A stretch of DNA of 64,000 bases from Rhizophagus irregularis (GCF_026210795.1 NC_089435.1:1550001-1614000); one strand, 5' to 3'. Positions 40,580 to 52,879 are shown, numbered from the stretch's first letter. The notes: generated by a model not told the origin, from the sequence alone. A program made the numbers and translations.

Positions 40580-41284
40580 AAAAAAAAAACTTGTATAATT
40601 TTGTAAATTTTATTTTATTGCAAAGTGTATAATTTTATAAATTTTACGAATTTTATTTGTTTGAATCAGTCACATGATTTGTATGTCGATCATTTTCAAT
40701 TAGCCATTGCCATTAGTAAAAAATGATCTACACAGTATACTCCTCCCTTAAAAATTTATTTCTTTTATTTCTTCTGAATAATGAACGTATTTATAATAAA
40801 AGAATTTTTGTAAATAAAATAATAACCAAATTTTAAAGTTTATTAGTATAATAAATTTGATATAAGACTTTTTTTTAATAAAATAAACATTATTTTTTTG
40901 TTTTTTTTTAAAAAAAACTGTTACCTTTTTTTAAATAGAAAGAGTTTTTTTCTTTTTAAATAGAAAGAACCTTCTTCTCTTTTTTACAAAATGCCTACAC
41001 TATGAATATAAACCTGTCTACTTCTACAATGTCTACAACTTCATCCACTTTAACCGCTAATCAAAAACGTGCTCTTCTTTTTAACATCAATGAACCAATT
41101 TGATAATAATTGGTGGCCTCTTGTTTCAAATATATGGACTGGGTTTAGTTACAGAAACAATGTTAATGGTAACTCATGGAAATCATTTACCTGCTGTTTT
41201 ACCAAGCATAATCAATCAAGTTCATGAAAAGAGGAATTCCACTTGAAAAACATTGAAAAACGAAAACTAGGCTACCTGAATTAT

Positions 41285-41580
41285 AGGACCCCGGATATCT
41301 CCAAAACAGGTCATAAGTCACACTTTCGGCAGATTGGCCCATTTTTCAGGGCTCAAAAAATCGTTTTTTGTAAATATCTCGGCATCCAGTGGTCCAATTT
41401 TGATGAACTTTTTTTTAAATTGTAGAGCTAAATGAGGGCTACAAAATAAAAAAATGTTCATTAAAATTGAATTACTGGATGCTGAGATATTTACAAAAAA
41501 CGACTTTTTGAGTTTCAGCAAAAAGGGGTGTTTTTGGCCAAAAGTCCATTATGACCTTTATATTAGATATCCAGGGTCCT
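41285..41580 (+). mobile_element. MITE, copy 1 (TIR AGGACCCCGGATATCT)
   Basis: 8-bp TSD TGAATTAT (41277-41284, 41581-41588). Near-identical to the reverse complement of 42358-42653. Confidence 0.9.
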
Positions 41581-42357
41581 TGAATTATGCTTTGCTAAAA
41601 TCAAAGTTTCCCAGTTTATTTCAGAACAGAAAGTACGAGTTGAAAAATATAATGACTCACCTGATCATATACATTTATTGGATGAAAATGAAAAACTTAA
41701 ACGCTCACAAGTTGTTCAAACTTTAGTTAAACAAGAAGCTCTGAAAAACTATCAATCACCAGCAATAGTTAGTGCAGTAAAGGAATTTGCAACAGAAAAA
41801 TTGGGTTTAAATGAAAGTGTAAAAGAACTGAGACGTAAAGAAGTTACAAATATCAAGTCTAAAGTTCATGGGTCACTTGATATACATCTTATTGGTAACC
41901 TTAATAGAGAATTAGATATTCAAGAGATGATTATTTTTTTAAAAAAACAAGGATACCTAGTTGAACGTTATGAAGTTATTCACAAACCTACCAGTGGTTT
42001 TATTTTTATACATCCAAATCAAATTAATAATCTTAGACAATATGGATAGTTAACTCTCATTGATTCCACTTACAAAACTAATAGATATGATTTTTGTTTA
42101 TTTACCTTACATATTCGTAATACATATGGGTGTTGGAATGTGGGAGCGCATTTTTTTGTGAGTAATGAGGATTGAGATACTGTCTCAAAAGCTTTAAAGA
42201 TAATTTGAAAGTTTAGAAATCATTGGAAACCTAGATATTTTCTTGCAGATCAAAGTTATGTGAAGGCAAATAGTATTAAAATAGCTTTTCCAGGTCTTAA
42301 ATATGGCGAACAAGAGTGTGATTTTATTTTCTGCACTGTATATGTTATGCAAACATG

Positions 42358-42653
42358 AGGACCCCGGATATCTAATATAAAGGTCATAATGGACTTTTGG
42401 CCAAAAATACCCCTTTTTGCTGAAACTCAAAAAATCGTTTTTTGTAAATATCTCAGCATCCAGTAATTCAATTTTAATGAACATTTTTTTATTTTGTAGC
42501 CCTCATTTAGCTCTACAATTTAAAAAAAAGTTCATCAAAATGGACCACTGGATGCCGAGATATTTACAAAAAACGATTTTTTGAGCCCCTGAAAAATGGG
42601 CCAATCTGCCGAAAGTGTGACTTATGACCTGTTTTGGAGATATCCGGGGTCCT
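42358..42653 (-). mobile_element. MITE, copy 2 (same family, opposite orientation)
   Basis: 8-bp TSD CAAACATG (42350-42357, 42654-42661). Confidence 0.9.
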
Positions 42654-43212
42654 CAAACATGGATGAGTAAAATATATGATTCAAAAACTTGGCAAAAAAA
42701 TGATTCATGCTATGCATAAGATAACTAAGGTCAGTTGTGAAAGCATTATTCAACAAGCAATTGAGTAATGTCCAGTTCCAACTATTAAGCAATATATCAA
42801 AAGAAATTTTATAAAAAACACACATCAGTGGGCTCTTTGGACTCAGCAACATTCCCCTTTACTCTTACAAGTGACTACAACAAATCCTTTGGAATCATAT
42901 CATAGTGAATTAAAAAATCTATCTCTCCAAAATATGGTTTAATTGGTATGAGTTTTTATTTATACTTTTTATTAAGGTGCATGCCATAAAATTATTGCTC
43001 TTGATGAGAAAAAACACTCAGATTCAGAATATGTCTCTTTTGAATTTTGTACCAAAAATATTTCTGCAATTGGTGTTGATCATGTTATTCTTCATGAAAT
43101 TTATAAGTTCCCATTTCCTGTTCAACAAATGCTTGTCAATGAATTTAATGCTGTTCAAGGAAGAATAAAAAAAGGAAAACCAACTCCAGGTCTTATATCA
43201 CTTAATTGTAAT

Positions 43213-43702
43213 TAGGGATGATCACGGTTCACTAACCGATGACTCGAACCTGAGCCAGATTATAGGCGGTTCAGTTCAGTTCAGTTCAGTTCGCGAGTGA
43301 ACCGGGTGAACCATCGACTCAATTAATTTTTTATAGCATTTTAGATCATCTAATTAAATATAGTCAAAATTTAATATTGCTTACCAAAGCTAATTTTAGA
43401 TTTCCAAAACTAAAACCACTTGGCTGAAACTCTGGTCGAAACTTCTGAAACTGGCTGAAATTATCTGTAAATCACGTGACATGCTATTTTGGAATGTTTG
43501 TGTAACACATTTTTCAGTTTTTTGCAAGAAACAAAATTTCCTTTTTTTGAAATTAGTGTAATGTCACGTGATATTAGTTAACTCTGGCCGGAATTACAGA
43601 ATTTAGCCGTAAGTCGATGGTTCACTCGGTTCACTCACGAACCGAACCGAGCCGAACCGCCTATGAACCGAACCGGTTCAGTTCGAACCATGAGCATCCC
43701 TA
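43213..43702. mobile_element. hAT-type MITE splitting the SWIM finger
   Basis: TIR TAGGGATG..CATCCCTA; 8-bp TSD ATTGTAAT; GGTTC/GAACC subterminal repeats. Confidence 0.9.
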
Positions 43703-45042
43703 ATTGTAATTGCTTATTTTTTCGTCAGTTTTTATTACCTTGTTGGCATATCTTTCACAAACATGTATATGGTGTTTTGGAACAATTTCTGGACACAGTA
43801 TCTGGGCATTTACTGGACAATTATTTAGACAAATTTTCCAGACAATTTTTGGACAATTTCTGGACACTTATTTTTATAGGGTGTAACACCTTGTAACTCC
43901 TTGCTTTTTCAAAGATTATTAAAAAATTTTTTATTATAATAATTTATCCATGAGCAAATACTTATTATTGTCAAAACTGTTAGATGCTCTTGCAGAATTT
44001 ATTTTGAAGAAAATAATGAAAAGAATTCAGAGTTTAAGGTAATTAATTTTAATAGGAAAATTAGAAAATTCATTAACAACCTAATATAGTGATCATGAGA
44101 AAAAATCCATCTTCAATAGGCAAATTTTGCTATATAACTCTAGGAATTTAAGAATCACATAATAATCTTGATCTATTTATCAATAATTCACTATCAGCCT
44201 ATTAGTTACAAAATTGAAAGGCTAAACTTGTTTAAATGTTTTGACATTTATTATTAAAAGCTTGTACTTAAACAGTGTTAAAACTTACATAGTTTTATGA
44301 ATTTATACTATACTAGTTTTAATATTGCTTTATATTTCTTTTGCAATAAAATTATAACTGTTAATTTATTTTTCTATTCCAGATCTTTATAATTAAAAAC
44401 TAAAACTAAATGTATTTTTTCAATAGATTAGTAATCATATAACTAAATTTTTGACTTTGATTGGTCAAATAGTTATGTCAAAATTTAGATGTTTAGACAA
44501 CTGTCAAAATTTTTAGGCTTTAGGTGGTTTTAATTTAGATTTTTAATACTACTAGCCAAATATAGCTTTACCAAGTAACTATATATTAACCTATTTGTTT
44601 ACAATAAATATAGTTTATCAATTTTAACTAAAATGGAAATAGAAATAAAGCTGTTTTAAAGGATGGCATCGATGATGCAAATTCAATAAATGAATTTTAT
44701 GCTTATATTTTAAGAATCCATAGTCTATGCAATATAATTAACATACTATAATAAAGGACGGTCAGATAAAAAATTGTGTTACCTTAAAAATGTATTTTTT
44801 CATATTGTTTACCGAATTGCTGGGTCATTTTGTGTAATAATGATTTCCTTTTTCAAAGAAAAATCTTTTTTTATGGCGATTTGTATCACTTAAACGACCA
44901 GCCATTTTTATATTATTATATATTATATATTATATATATTAAGCTACAGATTCTTCCTGCTACAGCGTAAAAACATATAAGTAAAAAATATAGGAAAGAG
45001 AAATTCAAAAAATACATTGTATTTTACACTTTATCTACCATT

Positions 45043-47115
45043 ATGTCTACCTCACAGTCAACGGGTATGACACGTATGACTCGTAGTGTGACTCGTAAAG
45101 GAACGCTACAGCCAGGAGAACAAGTTATTGATATTTCTACAGGGTCAACTTCAACTGCCTTTCAGGATATTGACCCCTTTAAAAAGCCATATAATCCCCC
45201 ACCGGCTACTAATAAAGATGATGAAGGGTTTGAAACAGTTCAATCAAAAAATAAAAAAGCAAAAAAAGAGGATACTGTGACACAAAAACAAAAAGAAGTC
45301 ATGAAGGAGGTCGTCCAAGCAACATTGGGAAGAAAACAGTCTCAACAGAGCGAAACTGCGGCTGCAAATGAGTCACGTGACAATAATCATCCCATTCAGC
45401 CGAATTTAACCAAAAATATCACCCCAATGGATCTTGACCAAAACAATGACGATCATAATGCAGGAGATGAAACCAATGAAATTCCTGATGATGAAGATGA
45501 TATTATTGATATAGCAATTATGGCTGAAAAGCCACAATTTAAAGTTTATTTTGATTTGGCACAAATTCCTGGAAAAAGCCATATTGGAAAAGTAAACCTC
45601 GTGAAAAAACTGCTTGCTCAACATCATATTGCATGTTTTCCAGGTAGAATTGATGCCAAGAATATTGAAATAGATGGAACTATCCAAAAACAGCATTATT
45701 ATGTTTTTAAATGTGCTAATGAAACAGCATTTGAGAAAATTTTACGTGAACCCATTCCAACTAAAATTAAAATTAAACAACAAGATGGTAAAATTGTGGA
45801 ACAAGATTTGAATGTTACGTTTAACAAAATAGAAAAAAAAGAAATTCCGGCTGAAACTCAACAGAATATTGATGAACACATGATTTTTGTAAACAAGATT
45901 CCTGCAGAATTGAGGAATTATCAGATTAAAGGTGTTTTTGGTACATATGGAAATATAGTAAACTTCAAAACTTTTATGAGAGGGCAGTATCAAAATGCTA
46001 TTATCACATTTGATGACAAATCCGCAGTCCAACCATTTTACTATACTTGGGGCATCTTTATTAACCAACATTTGGTTAGGGTTAGACCCAAAGTTATGTC
46101 AGAAGATAAACTACATGAAAGAACAGCATATTACATTAAACTTGCAGGTTTACCACTAAATACATCAGCATTTGATTTAAGAGGATTTATGGAACGGTAT
46201 AATGTTAAATATCTTGACATTCCAAGAAATTCTCGCTTTAATTATCCATTACGCTATTGTTTTGTTTATTTTCAGAACGAAGAAGATTTTCAAATCGCAA
46301 CCAAACAAGCATTCTGTTTTAAAGAACACCAATTATATTGGACTGATGTAGATATGAAAACTTGCCACAGGTGTGGCAGTCCTGAACATCTTGCTATGCA
46401 CTGTGATCATGAAGACAATCGTCCAAGATACAAAAACAGAAAAGAAGTACTTAAAGGTTTTAGACAAGCTAGACAAGAAAGAAATAAAAAATATGGAAGC
46501 TATGCACAAGCAGCTCAACAAGGACGTAATAGAAGACAAAGTTTTAATTCACGAAGACCTTGGAATAGAGCGAATTTATCACATGATAATAAATCACATG
46601 ACCAAAATAATGTATTTTCTATTGACAAACCAAAACACCAGAGGCAAATGTCGATGACTAAGAATACAATTCAGGATCGTAATGTAGCCTTTACCATTAC
46701 TAAAGCAATGGAAAAATTAGACCAACTTTGTAAGAATTTTACAGTTTTACAAAATGAACAACGTTCAATTAGTAATGAACTTAAAAGTATTAAAGTTAAA
46801 CAAAATACCAAAGATACAACTAAACCAAATACAACAGTTAATAAAGCAGTGGGATCTAGTACTAAAGGAGTTACCAGAAATAATAACAAACGCATTCTCT
46901 TAGAAGAATCTTCAGATGATTCAACTCATGAATTATCAGACCTTGAAGAACGCTTTAAACAATCTGAACAAAAATCTCAAAATATGGCTACTGAACTTAC
47001 AGATCTCAAAGGTACTATGCAAAAATTATTACAATTATTCCAATCATCAAATGATAATCATAATGTTGAGGGGGACAACACTTATGATGAAGAAATTATT
47101 GATATTAGTCAATAA
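45043..47115 (+). CDS. LINE ORF1 (RRM-like domains, CCHC zinc knuckle, coiled coil)
   Basis: 690 aa. IFVNKIP..FGTYGNI and IKLAGLP..YCFVYF are RRM-like; CHRCGSPEHLAMHC is a CCHC knuckle. Confidence 0.9.
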   Translation: MSTSQSTGMTRMTRSVTRKGTLQPGEQVIDISTGSTSTAFQDIDPFKKPYNPPPATNKDDEGFETVQSKNKKAKKEDTVTQKQKEVMKEVVQATLGRKQSQQSETAAANESRDNNHPIQPNLTKNITPMDLDQNNDDHNAGDETNEIPDDEDDIIDIAIMAEKPQFKVYFDLAQIPGKSHIGKVNLVKKLLAQHHIACFPGRIDAKNIEIDGTIQKQHYYVFKCANETAFEKILREPIPTKIKIKQQDGKIVEQDLNVTFNKIEKKEIPAETQQNIDEHMIFVNKIPAELRNYQIKGVFGTYGNIVNFKTFMRGQYQNAIITFDDKSAVQPFYYTWGIFINQHLVRVRPKVMSEDKLHERTAYYIKLAGLPLNTSAFDLRGFMERYNVKYLDIPRNSRFNYPLRYCFVYFQNEEDFQIATKQAFCFKEHQLYWTDVDMKTCHRCGSPEHLAMHCDHEDNRPRYKNRKEVLKGFRQARQERNKKYGSYAQAAQQGRNRRQSFNSRRPWNRANLSHDNKSHDQNNVFSIDKPKHQRQMSMTKNTIQDRNVAFTITKAMEKLDQLCKNFTVLQNEQRSISNELKSIKVKQNTKDTTKPNTTVNKAVGSSTKGVTRNNNKRILLEESSDDSTHELSDLEERFKQSEQKSQNMATELTDLKGTMQKLLQLFQSSNDNHNVEGDNTYDEEIIDISQ

Positions 47116-47140
47116 TTTCATATATTTTTCATTTTAATTT

Positions 47141-50100
47141 ATGATGAACAATACTAATAATAATACTCAAACACATTCATTTAATAATAATTCAAATTCC
47201 CCTCTACACAATAGAAAAAATAATTCATCTTTTAACAAATTACCTGATGTTCTAAAAATAGCCACAATTAATATTAAACACCTAACTACGATTAAAAAAG
47301 AAGATATTATAGATTTAATTAAATTTAAAAATATTCAAATTTTAGGGGTTTCAGAAACATGGTTATCACACAAACAGTCAACATTTCAATTCTTGTCAGA
47401 TCGGCAACAATATACCACCTTTTTCAACAATGAACATTACAATCAAAAAGGTAAAGGTGTAGGTTTAATAGTTAAGAAAAATATAGCACAATATATTTAC
47501 AGAAATGGTAGTTACAATGGACGAATAATTTTTATTGATTTTATGTTTAAACATAATAAAAAATTAAGAATTATTCAATATTATGGTGTAGTTAATGCAA
47601 AAGCTTCAACAGAAAAGAAAGAAGAATCAAAAAAGACAATAAATGAACTTTTCAAATTAATGAGAGAAGCATTATCAACTCAACATGAATTAATAGTGAT
47701 GGGTGATTTTAATCAAAAATATGAAAAATATAGTGAAAACAAAACAAAATCTACGAGAAACAAATATTGGAATAATATATTTTATGATTTAGAAGAAAAA
47801 TTTAACCTATACGATCCACATAGAATAATGTATGATATAACACCATCCAATCCAATATATACTTGGACTAATGGTGTTAATTATAGTCGTATTGATTATA
47901 TTTGGATTACAGAAAATCTTATGATGAATTATGAAGATACTATGTTTACTGATATCAGTCAAGACTTTCGTACAGATCATAAAATGCTTTCATTTTCTTT
48001 ATGGACGGAAGAATTATGCAGTACTCATTTGGTTTTCAATCATAAACAAGAAAAAATTAAAAAGATAATTTATAAATATGATGAAATGAATAATGAAAAA
48101 TGGGAAGAATATCAAAACATACAAAAAGATTATCTATCAAATACAATAAATGAACAATTCAATTTTGATGATATTGAAAAACATTGGGATGTTATTAAAA
48201 AGGGTATTTATAAAAGTAATGAAATTATAAAAAAGGAAAAGAAAAAAATTAATATAAAAAATAGAAACCCTAACCAACAAACAGAATCATATCAAGGACG
48301 TCAATTCTTGATTAATTTAAGAAGACAAATAAAAAAGAAACATGGACGAAAATATTTAAAAGACCATTGGAATACAATAGGAGGTCAACTTAACAAATAT
48401 AGTTCAAATAAAATAGAGTTCATGTGGGAACCACCAAATGATCAAAATTATCAACGTTTATTAGATAAGATAGAAATTTTATATAATATATATACAGATA
48501 GTTACAAAAAAGAATTAGAAATTTTAAAAGAAAATAAAATTGAAGATGCAATTAATAAACGTTGTGCAGATTTATACAATAATCAAAAAAGAATGATAGA
48601 TAATATAATTGATCGTGAAGTCAAAACAATAATTTTAGATAGAGTTTTGATTGAAAAACCAGGAGAACAAATTAATCTTATTACCGATCCAAAAGAAATA
48701 AAAAAAGAAGTTAATTTACATTTTCAAAAAGTTGCTGGAACAACTAATAGACCTAAAGAAATACCAGAACAATGGCATAATCAATATGCTCCTTTAAATC
48801 ATGTGGATAATAATATATATAAACATTTAATGGATGATATAACTGAAGATGAATGGAATAATCATATTCAAACCTTACCCAATGGTAAGGCATGTGGTCC
48901 AACTTCAATCTCTTATGAAATGTTAAAACACTCATCATTAGAAATGAAAAAAGAATTACTTTCTTTAACAAACAATATTTTAAAACAAGGAAAACTACCA
49001 TCTGATTATAAATTAGCAAACATTTATCCTATATCAAAACCTAAGCCCTGGGGTTGTAAACTCATTAACACCCGTCCAATAACCTTGTTAGAAACTTCCA
49101 GGAAGCTCATGGTATCCATTTTGAATGAAAGACTCGCCAAGATATTAAAAGAAAATAATGTATTAAAAGGAAATCAATTTGCAGGCTTACCAGGAAATTC
49201 AACCTTTGAGCCTATACGTATCATTAATGAACTTATACAAGATGCCAATGAAAATAATAAAGATCTCTGGTTTCTTGCTCTTGATATGAGTAAAGCATAC
49301 GATAGAGTGAATATTTGTATGCTTGAGAAAGCTTTACAAAGAATCAAAGTACCACACAACTTTATCCATATAATAAAAGAATTATTCTTGGGATGTAAAA
49401 ACCAAGTATTTACTGCAGCAGGAATGACAGATCCATATGATGTTCAAGTAGGAATAGTACAAGGTGAGATAATTTCTCCCCTACTTTGGTGTATTTACTA
49501 TGATCCTCTCCTCTGTGAAATTAAAGAAAGAAACTTGGGATATAAATTGAAAACAAAACAAATACTTAATATTTATGAAAGAGAAGAAAAAGAAATCATA
49601 ATTAGATTTCCAGGAATGGCATATATGGACGATACAAATTTTGTAACAAATGATCAGAAACAATTAGAAGAAATCTTAAATATTGCAGATGAATTCTATG
49701 ATTTGAATGATATACAAATAAATAAGGAAAAGTCAGAATTGTTATTAAAAAGTTCAAATCATGATTATGGAAAACAAATTAATATACATTTTGGCTGTCA
49801 AGATATTAAGATACGTCCAACTTCTAAACAAGATTCAATTCGTATTTTAGGGGTCTGGTTTAATGCTTTTAATAAAAGATCATTTGTTTTAAACCAAGTT
49901 AAAACTGAAATTCGTAATGTTTGTAATGTCATGGCAAAAAAAAGAATAACAGATAAGCACATCAAATATATATTCAATCATGTCATTATACCAAGAATAG
50001 AATATAGATCACAAGTTACAATTTTTACAGATAAAGAAACAAACCAAATGATGGTACCAATAAGGAGATTATTTAAAAATAAATTGAAGTTTTCTAAATC

Positions 50101-52603
50101 TGCTCCAAATACTATTCTAGAAAGCAACTTAATATATAACTTACGCTCTATTCATGATAATCAAGTTCAAGCAAAAATTACCAATTTTTTTATACAAATT
50201 AATGATATAGGAATACTTGGTGAAATTATGAACTTACGTTTAATAGATTTACAAAATCAACTTTGGAGTCATGAGAATCCTGTTATACATATCCCCTTTA
50301 AATTAGAAAAAAATATTAAAAAATTAAAAAAATTAAAAAATAATTTTATATTGAATAATCTTTTATTAATGGAAAAAAATAATATTTCAATTAAAAAAGA
50401 TAATATTCAAATAGAAAAAAATAAAAAAATAATAGGAGAAGGAAAAACTATTGCAGAAATTGTAGGAGAAACTATATTTTTTAAGCATAGAAAATTTTTA
50501 CGTTCATTAAATTTATTATATATAGATCAAGTTCTTGATATGGATGGAAAAACATTATTAACCTGGTGCCAACTTTATTCAAGAAAATTTATACAAAACA
50601 CAGTATCAGGAAATCAACATATCCAACCAGCAATTTATAATATAATTAAAGAAATTATATGTGAAGAAAATTCTCTTTCTTTAAAATCACAATTTATTCA
50701 ACAACCTGTTACATCACATCTTAAAGGATTTAATTTAATGCCAATTATTTTTCCAAATATTGAACAATATCAAATAGTGATGTATAAAGAAGGTTCTTCA
50801 TTAGCCTTTGGAAGATTTTTAAATATTAATGAAGTTAATCAACAGATAAAAATACAACATTTAGTTAGAAAATCAGACGTTAATGAAAAAAATTTAATAT
50901 TAGAGTTTTGTAAAGGTTGTAATAGAGGAATATTTTCATCATCATTGTCGAAACCCATATGTTATTTATCTATTTCTTCACATAATGTATTTTTTATTCG
51001 ACATAATTCTTTAAAGAGAAATTCATTTAAAGAAGGTTTTAAATTATTGGGAAATCAATTTCAAGAACTTAACAAAGTATTAGAATTACATTTACATTTC
51101 CAACTCCATCCACATTTATATATACCTCCTGATATTCGTCATCATGAATATATGTGTTTATATAAATTTAATATTATAGATAATTATATTGATTTATCAA
51201 TTGACAAACCTCACTTATATTATATCAAACAAAAATTAGAAACTTATGTTGAACGAGAATTCCATTGTTATACAGATGGTTCAGTTAAAGATTTAGGTAA
51301 ACCTTCTGTAAGTTTAGTTTATGGAACAACATTTTACACACCACAAAAACAATTTATAGATCAATTTTATTCAAGTGGAGAAAATAATATTTCGGTAGTA
51401 AAGTCTGAATTATTACCACTTTTAATCAGCCTAATAGTAATGCCGAAACAATCAACAGTTCATATTTTTACAGATAATGATCAAAATTTTTCAACATTCC
51501 ATAAATTACAGTCAAAAAATTTTAAAATAACACCAAGACAATATTTTAAAATGATAAATAATGGAATCCTTTGGCAAATAATAATGGAAATAATAGAAAT
51601 TTTATCTTTAAATATAACCTTATTTAAAGTACAAGCACATGCCGAAGATATATATAATAATTTTGTTGATCAACAGGTAGCACGTATTCATGATGAGGTA
51701 GATCTACATAGTATTAACATAAGAAACCAACCACTTCAGCTAATACGATATATCCCTAGTTGGAATAATGTTATTATTGAAAAACCATTAAGAAAATTTT
51801 TAAGATTAACAACAAATGTCACCAATTTAGAAAAATTCCTAAATCTTAATAGGAATGCGAAATACCGACAACTGGATATAGATATTAAAAATACTTTTTC
51901 TCTTTTAAAAGGAGAAGAAGGATCTTTATATACTACATTTGCTGAAAATAAAATAAGACGAAGGAAAATACAGTTAATGATAGAAGAACTTCCCTGTATT
52001 CACCAAATCCAAAAAAGTCTGAACAGCCTTTATAAGGATAGATTATGTCCAATATGTGAGAATGAGGAAGAAGACTTTAATCATATATGGTTGTGTGTAG
52101 ACCGATCATTAGATATGTTAACTTTAGTATCATCAACTAAAACAGCATTGAAAGAATCTATATTATCTCATATAGATAACAATGAAACGCATATAGATAA
52201 TCAAGAAATTAATGATCTGGATATTTGGGATATAAATATAGATAATAACAAATTTACATTTATAGACTTAATAAAAGGCTTTATCCCAAAAAATTTGTCA
52301 CATTTTATAGATCGTTTCAGCAAACAAAAGAAATTAACATCAAAAATTTTATACCAATTTAGAATGAAAATGGGACATCATATTTTCCATGAATATTGGT
52401 TGAAACGTTGTCAAGAAATGGAGAAAAAAGACAAAGATTTAGGAATTAATAAAAATCTAAAGAAAAGGCATTATGGTGTTGATTGTTTATATAGATTAAG
52501 ACAACAGTCAACAATTAATAAATATGAAGATTTAATAGGAATTAGGAACAATATATATTATGGTAGTGATATATTAGGATACTACGATAGTTGTACTCCT
52601 TAA
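47141..52603 (+). CDS. LINE ORF2 (AP endonuclease - reverse transcriptase - RNase H - Zn knuckle)
   Basis: 1820 aa uninterrupted. APE: IATINI, VSETW, MGDFN, SRIDYI, TDH. RT: RPITLL, LDMSKAYD, QGEIISP, YMDD, LGV. RNase H: YTDGS. C-terminal CPICENEEEDFNHIWLC. Confidence 0.96.
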   Translation: MMNNTNNNTQTHSFNNNSNSPLHNRKNNSSFNKLPDVLKIATINIKHLTTIKKEDIIDLIKFKNIQILGVSETWLSHKQSTFQFLSDRQQYTTFFNNEHYNQKGKGVGLIVKKNIAQYIYRNGSYNGRIIFIDFMFKHNKKLRIIQYYGVVNAKASTEKKEESKKTINELFKLMREALSTQHELIVMGDFNQKYEKYSENKTKSTRNKYWNNIFYDLEEKFNLYDPHRIMYDITPSNPIYTWTNGVNYSRIDYIWITENLMMNYEDTMFTDISQDFRTDHKMLSFSLWTEELCSTHLVFNHKQEKIKKIIYKYDEMNNEKWEEYQNIQKDYLSNTINEQFNFDDIEKHWDVIKKGIYKSNEIIKKEKKKINIKNRNPNQQTESYQGRQFLINLRRQIKKKHGRKYLKDHWNTIGGQLNKYSSNKIEFMWEPPNDQNYQRLLDKIEILYNIYTDSYKKELEILKENKIEDAINKRCADLYNNQKRMIDNIIDREVKTIILDRVLIEKPGEQINLITDPKEIKKEVNLHFQKVAGTTNRPKEIPEQWHNQYAPLNHVDNNIYKHLMDDITEDEWNNHIQTLPNGKACGPTSISYEMLKHSSLEMKKELLSLTNNILKQGKLPSDYKLANIYPISKPKPWGCKLINTRPITLLETSRKLMVSILNERLAKILKENNVLKGNQFAGLPGNSTFEPIRIINELIQDANENNKDLWFLALDMSKAYDRVNICMLEKALQRIKVPHNFIHIIKELFLGCKNQVFTAAGMTDPYDVQVGIVQGEIISPLLWCIYYDPLLCEIKERNLGYKLKTKQILNIYEREEKEIIIRFPGMAYMDDTNFVTNDQKQLEEILNIADEFYDLNDIQINKEKSELLLKSSNHDYGKQINIHFGCQDIKIRPTSKQDSIRILGVWFNAFNKRSFVLNQVKTEIRNVCNVMAKKRITDKHIKYIFNHVIIPRIEYRSQVTIFTDKETNQMMVPIRRLFKNKLKFSKSAPNTILESNLIYNLRSIHDNQVQAKITNFFIQINDIGILGEIMNLRLIDLQNQLWSHENPVIHIPFKLEKNIKKLKKLKNNFILNNLLLMEKNNISIKKDNIQIEKNKKIIGEGKTIAEIVGETIFFKHRKFLRSLNLLYIDQVLDMDGKTLLTWCQLYSRKFIQNTVSGNQHIQPAIYNIIKEIICEENSLSLKSQFIQQPVTSHLKGFNLMPIIFPNIEQYQIVMYKEGSSLAFGRFLNINEVNQQIKIQHLVRKSDVNEKNLILEFCKGCNRGIFSSSLSKPICYLSISSHNVFFIRHNSLKRNSFKEGFKLLGNQFQELNKVLELHLHFQLHPHLYIPPDIRHHEYMCLYKFNIIDNYIDLSIDKPHLYYIKQKLETYVEREFHCYTDGSVKDLGKPSVSLVYGTTFYTPQKQFIDQFYSSGENNISVVKSELLPLLISLIVMPKQSTVHIFTDNDQNFSTFHKLQSKNFKITPRQYFKMINNGILWQIIMEIIEILSLNITLFKVQAHAEDIYNNFVDQQVARIHDEVDLHSINIRNQPLQLIRYIPSWNNVIIEKPLRKFLRLTTNVTNLEKFLNLNRNAKYRQLDIDIKNTFSLLKGEEGSLYTTFAENKIRRRKIQLMIEELPCIHQIQKSLNSLYKDRLCPICENEEEDFNHIWLCVDRSLDMLTLVSSTKTALKESILSHIDNNETHIDNQEINDLDIWDINIDNNKFTFIDLIKGFIPKNLSHFIDRFSKQKKLTSKILYQFRMKMGHHIFHEYWLKRCQEMEKKDKDLGINKNLKKRHYGVDCLYRLRQQSTINKYEDLIGIRNNIYYGSDILGYYDSCTP

Positions 52604-52879
52604 AATAGTATTGTTACAGAATTTATTGTATTTTATTAATTTATTTTATTTGGTGCCTTTCAATTACAGTACTATTTAAGGTGGGTCTGGCCTTTTTTCT
52701 GCGAGAAAACTGGATGGATTTGAGGGTGTAGCTAGTGATTCAACTCACGTTTGCTTATCCTGATTGCATGCCCTTTGTCGTAGATCTTAGTGTAGCTAAT
52801 TTCTATTAATTTTGTAGTATTGTAATTTTTATTTTTATTTGTATTTTATATCTTATTTAATAAAGTTAACGTTGTGTAC

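Larger units (their letters stand above)
35266..40747 (+). mobile_element. Kolobok-type DNA transposon encoding DDE transposase plus RecQ helicase (KolobokH-like), decayed
   Basis: TIR GGGGGAGTATACCATGTAGATCATTTT / AAAATGATCTACACAGTATACTCCTCCC, flanked by TTAA on both sides (35262-35265, 40748-40751). Confidence 0.85.
41029..43780 (+). pseudogene. MULE (Mutator-like) transposase with SWIM finger; multiple stops and three MITE insertions
   Basis: After removing insertions: LIDSTYKTNRYD, GCWNVGAHFF, FLADQS, TTTNPLESYHSELK, and SWIM-like CNCLFFRQFLLPCWHIFH. Confidence 0.75.

Noticed and set aside
41243..42484. Short duplicated ORFs (MFIKIELLDAEIFTK...)
   Set aside because: They fall within the two non-coding MITE copies.
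45406..49663. Antisense and alternative-frame small ORFs within the LINE (and similar ones in other genes)
   Set aside because: Shadow ORFs overlapping well-supported coding frames.
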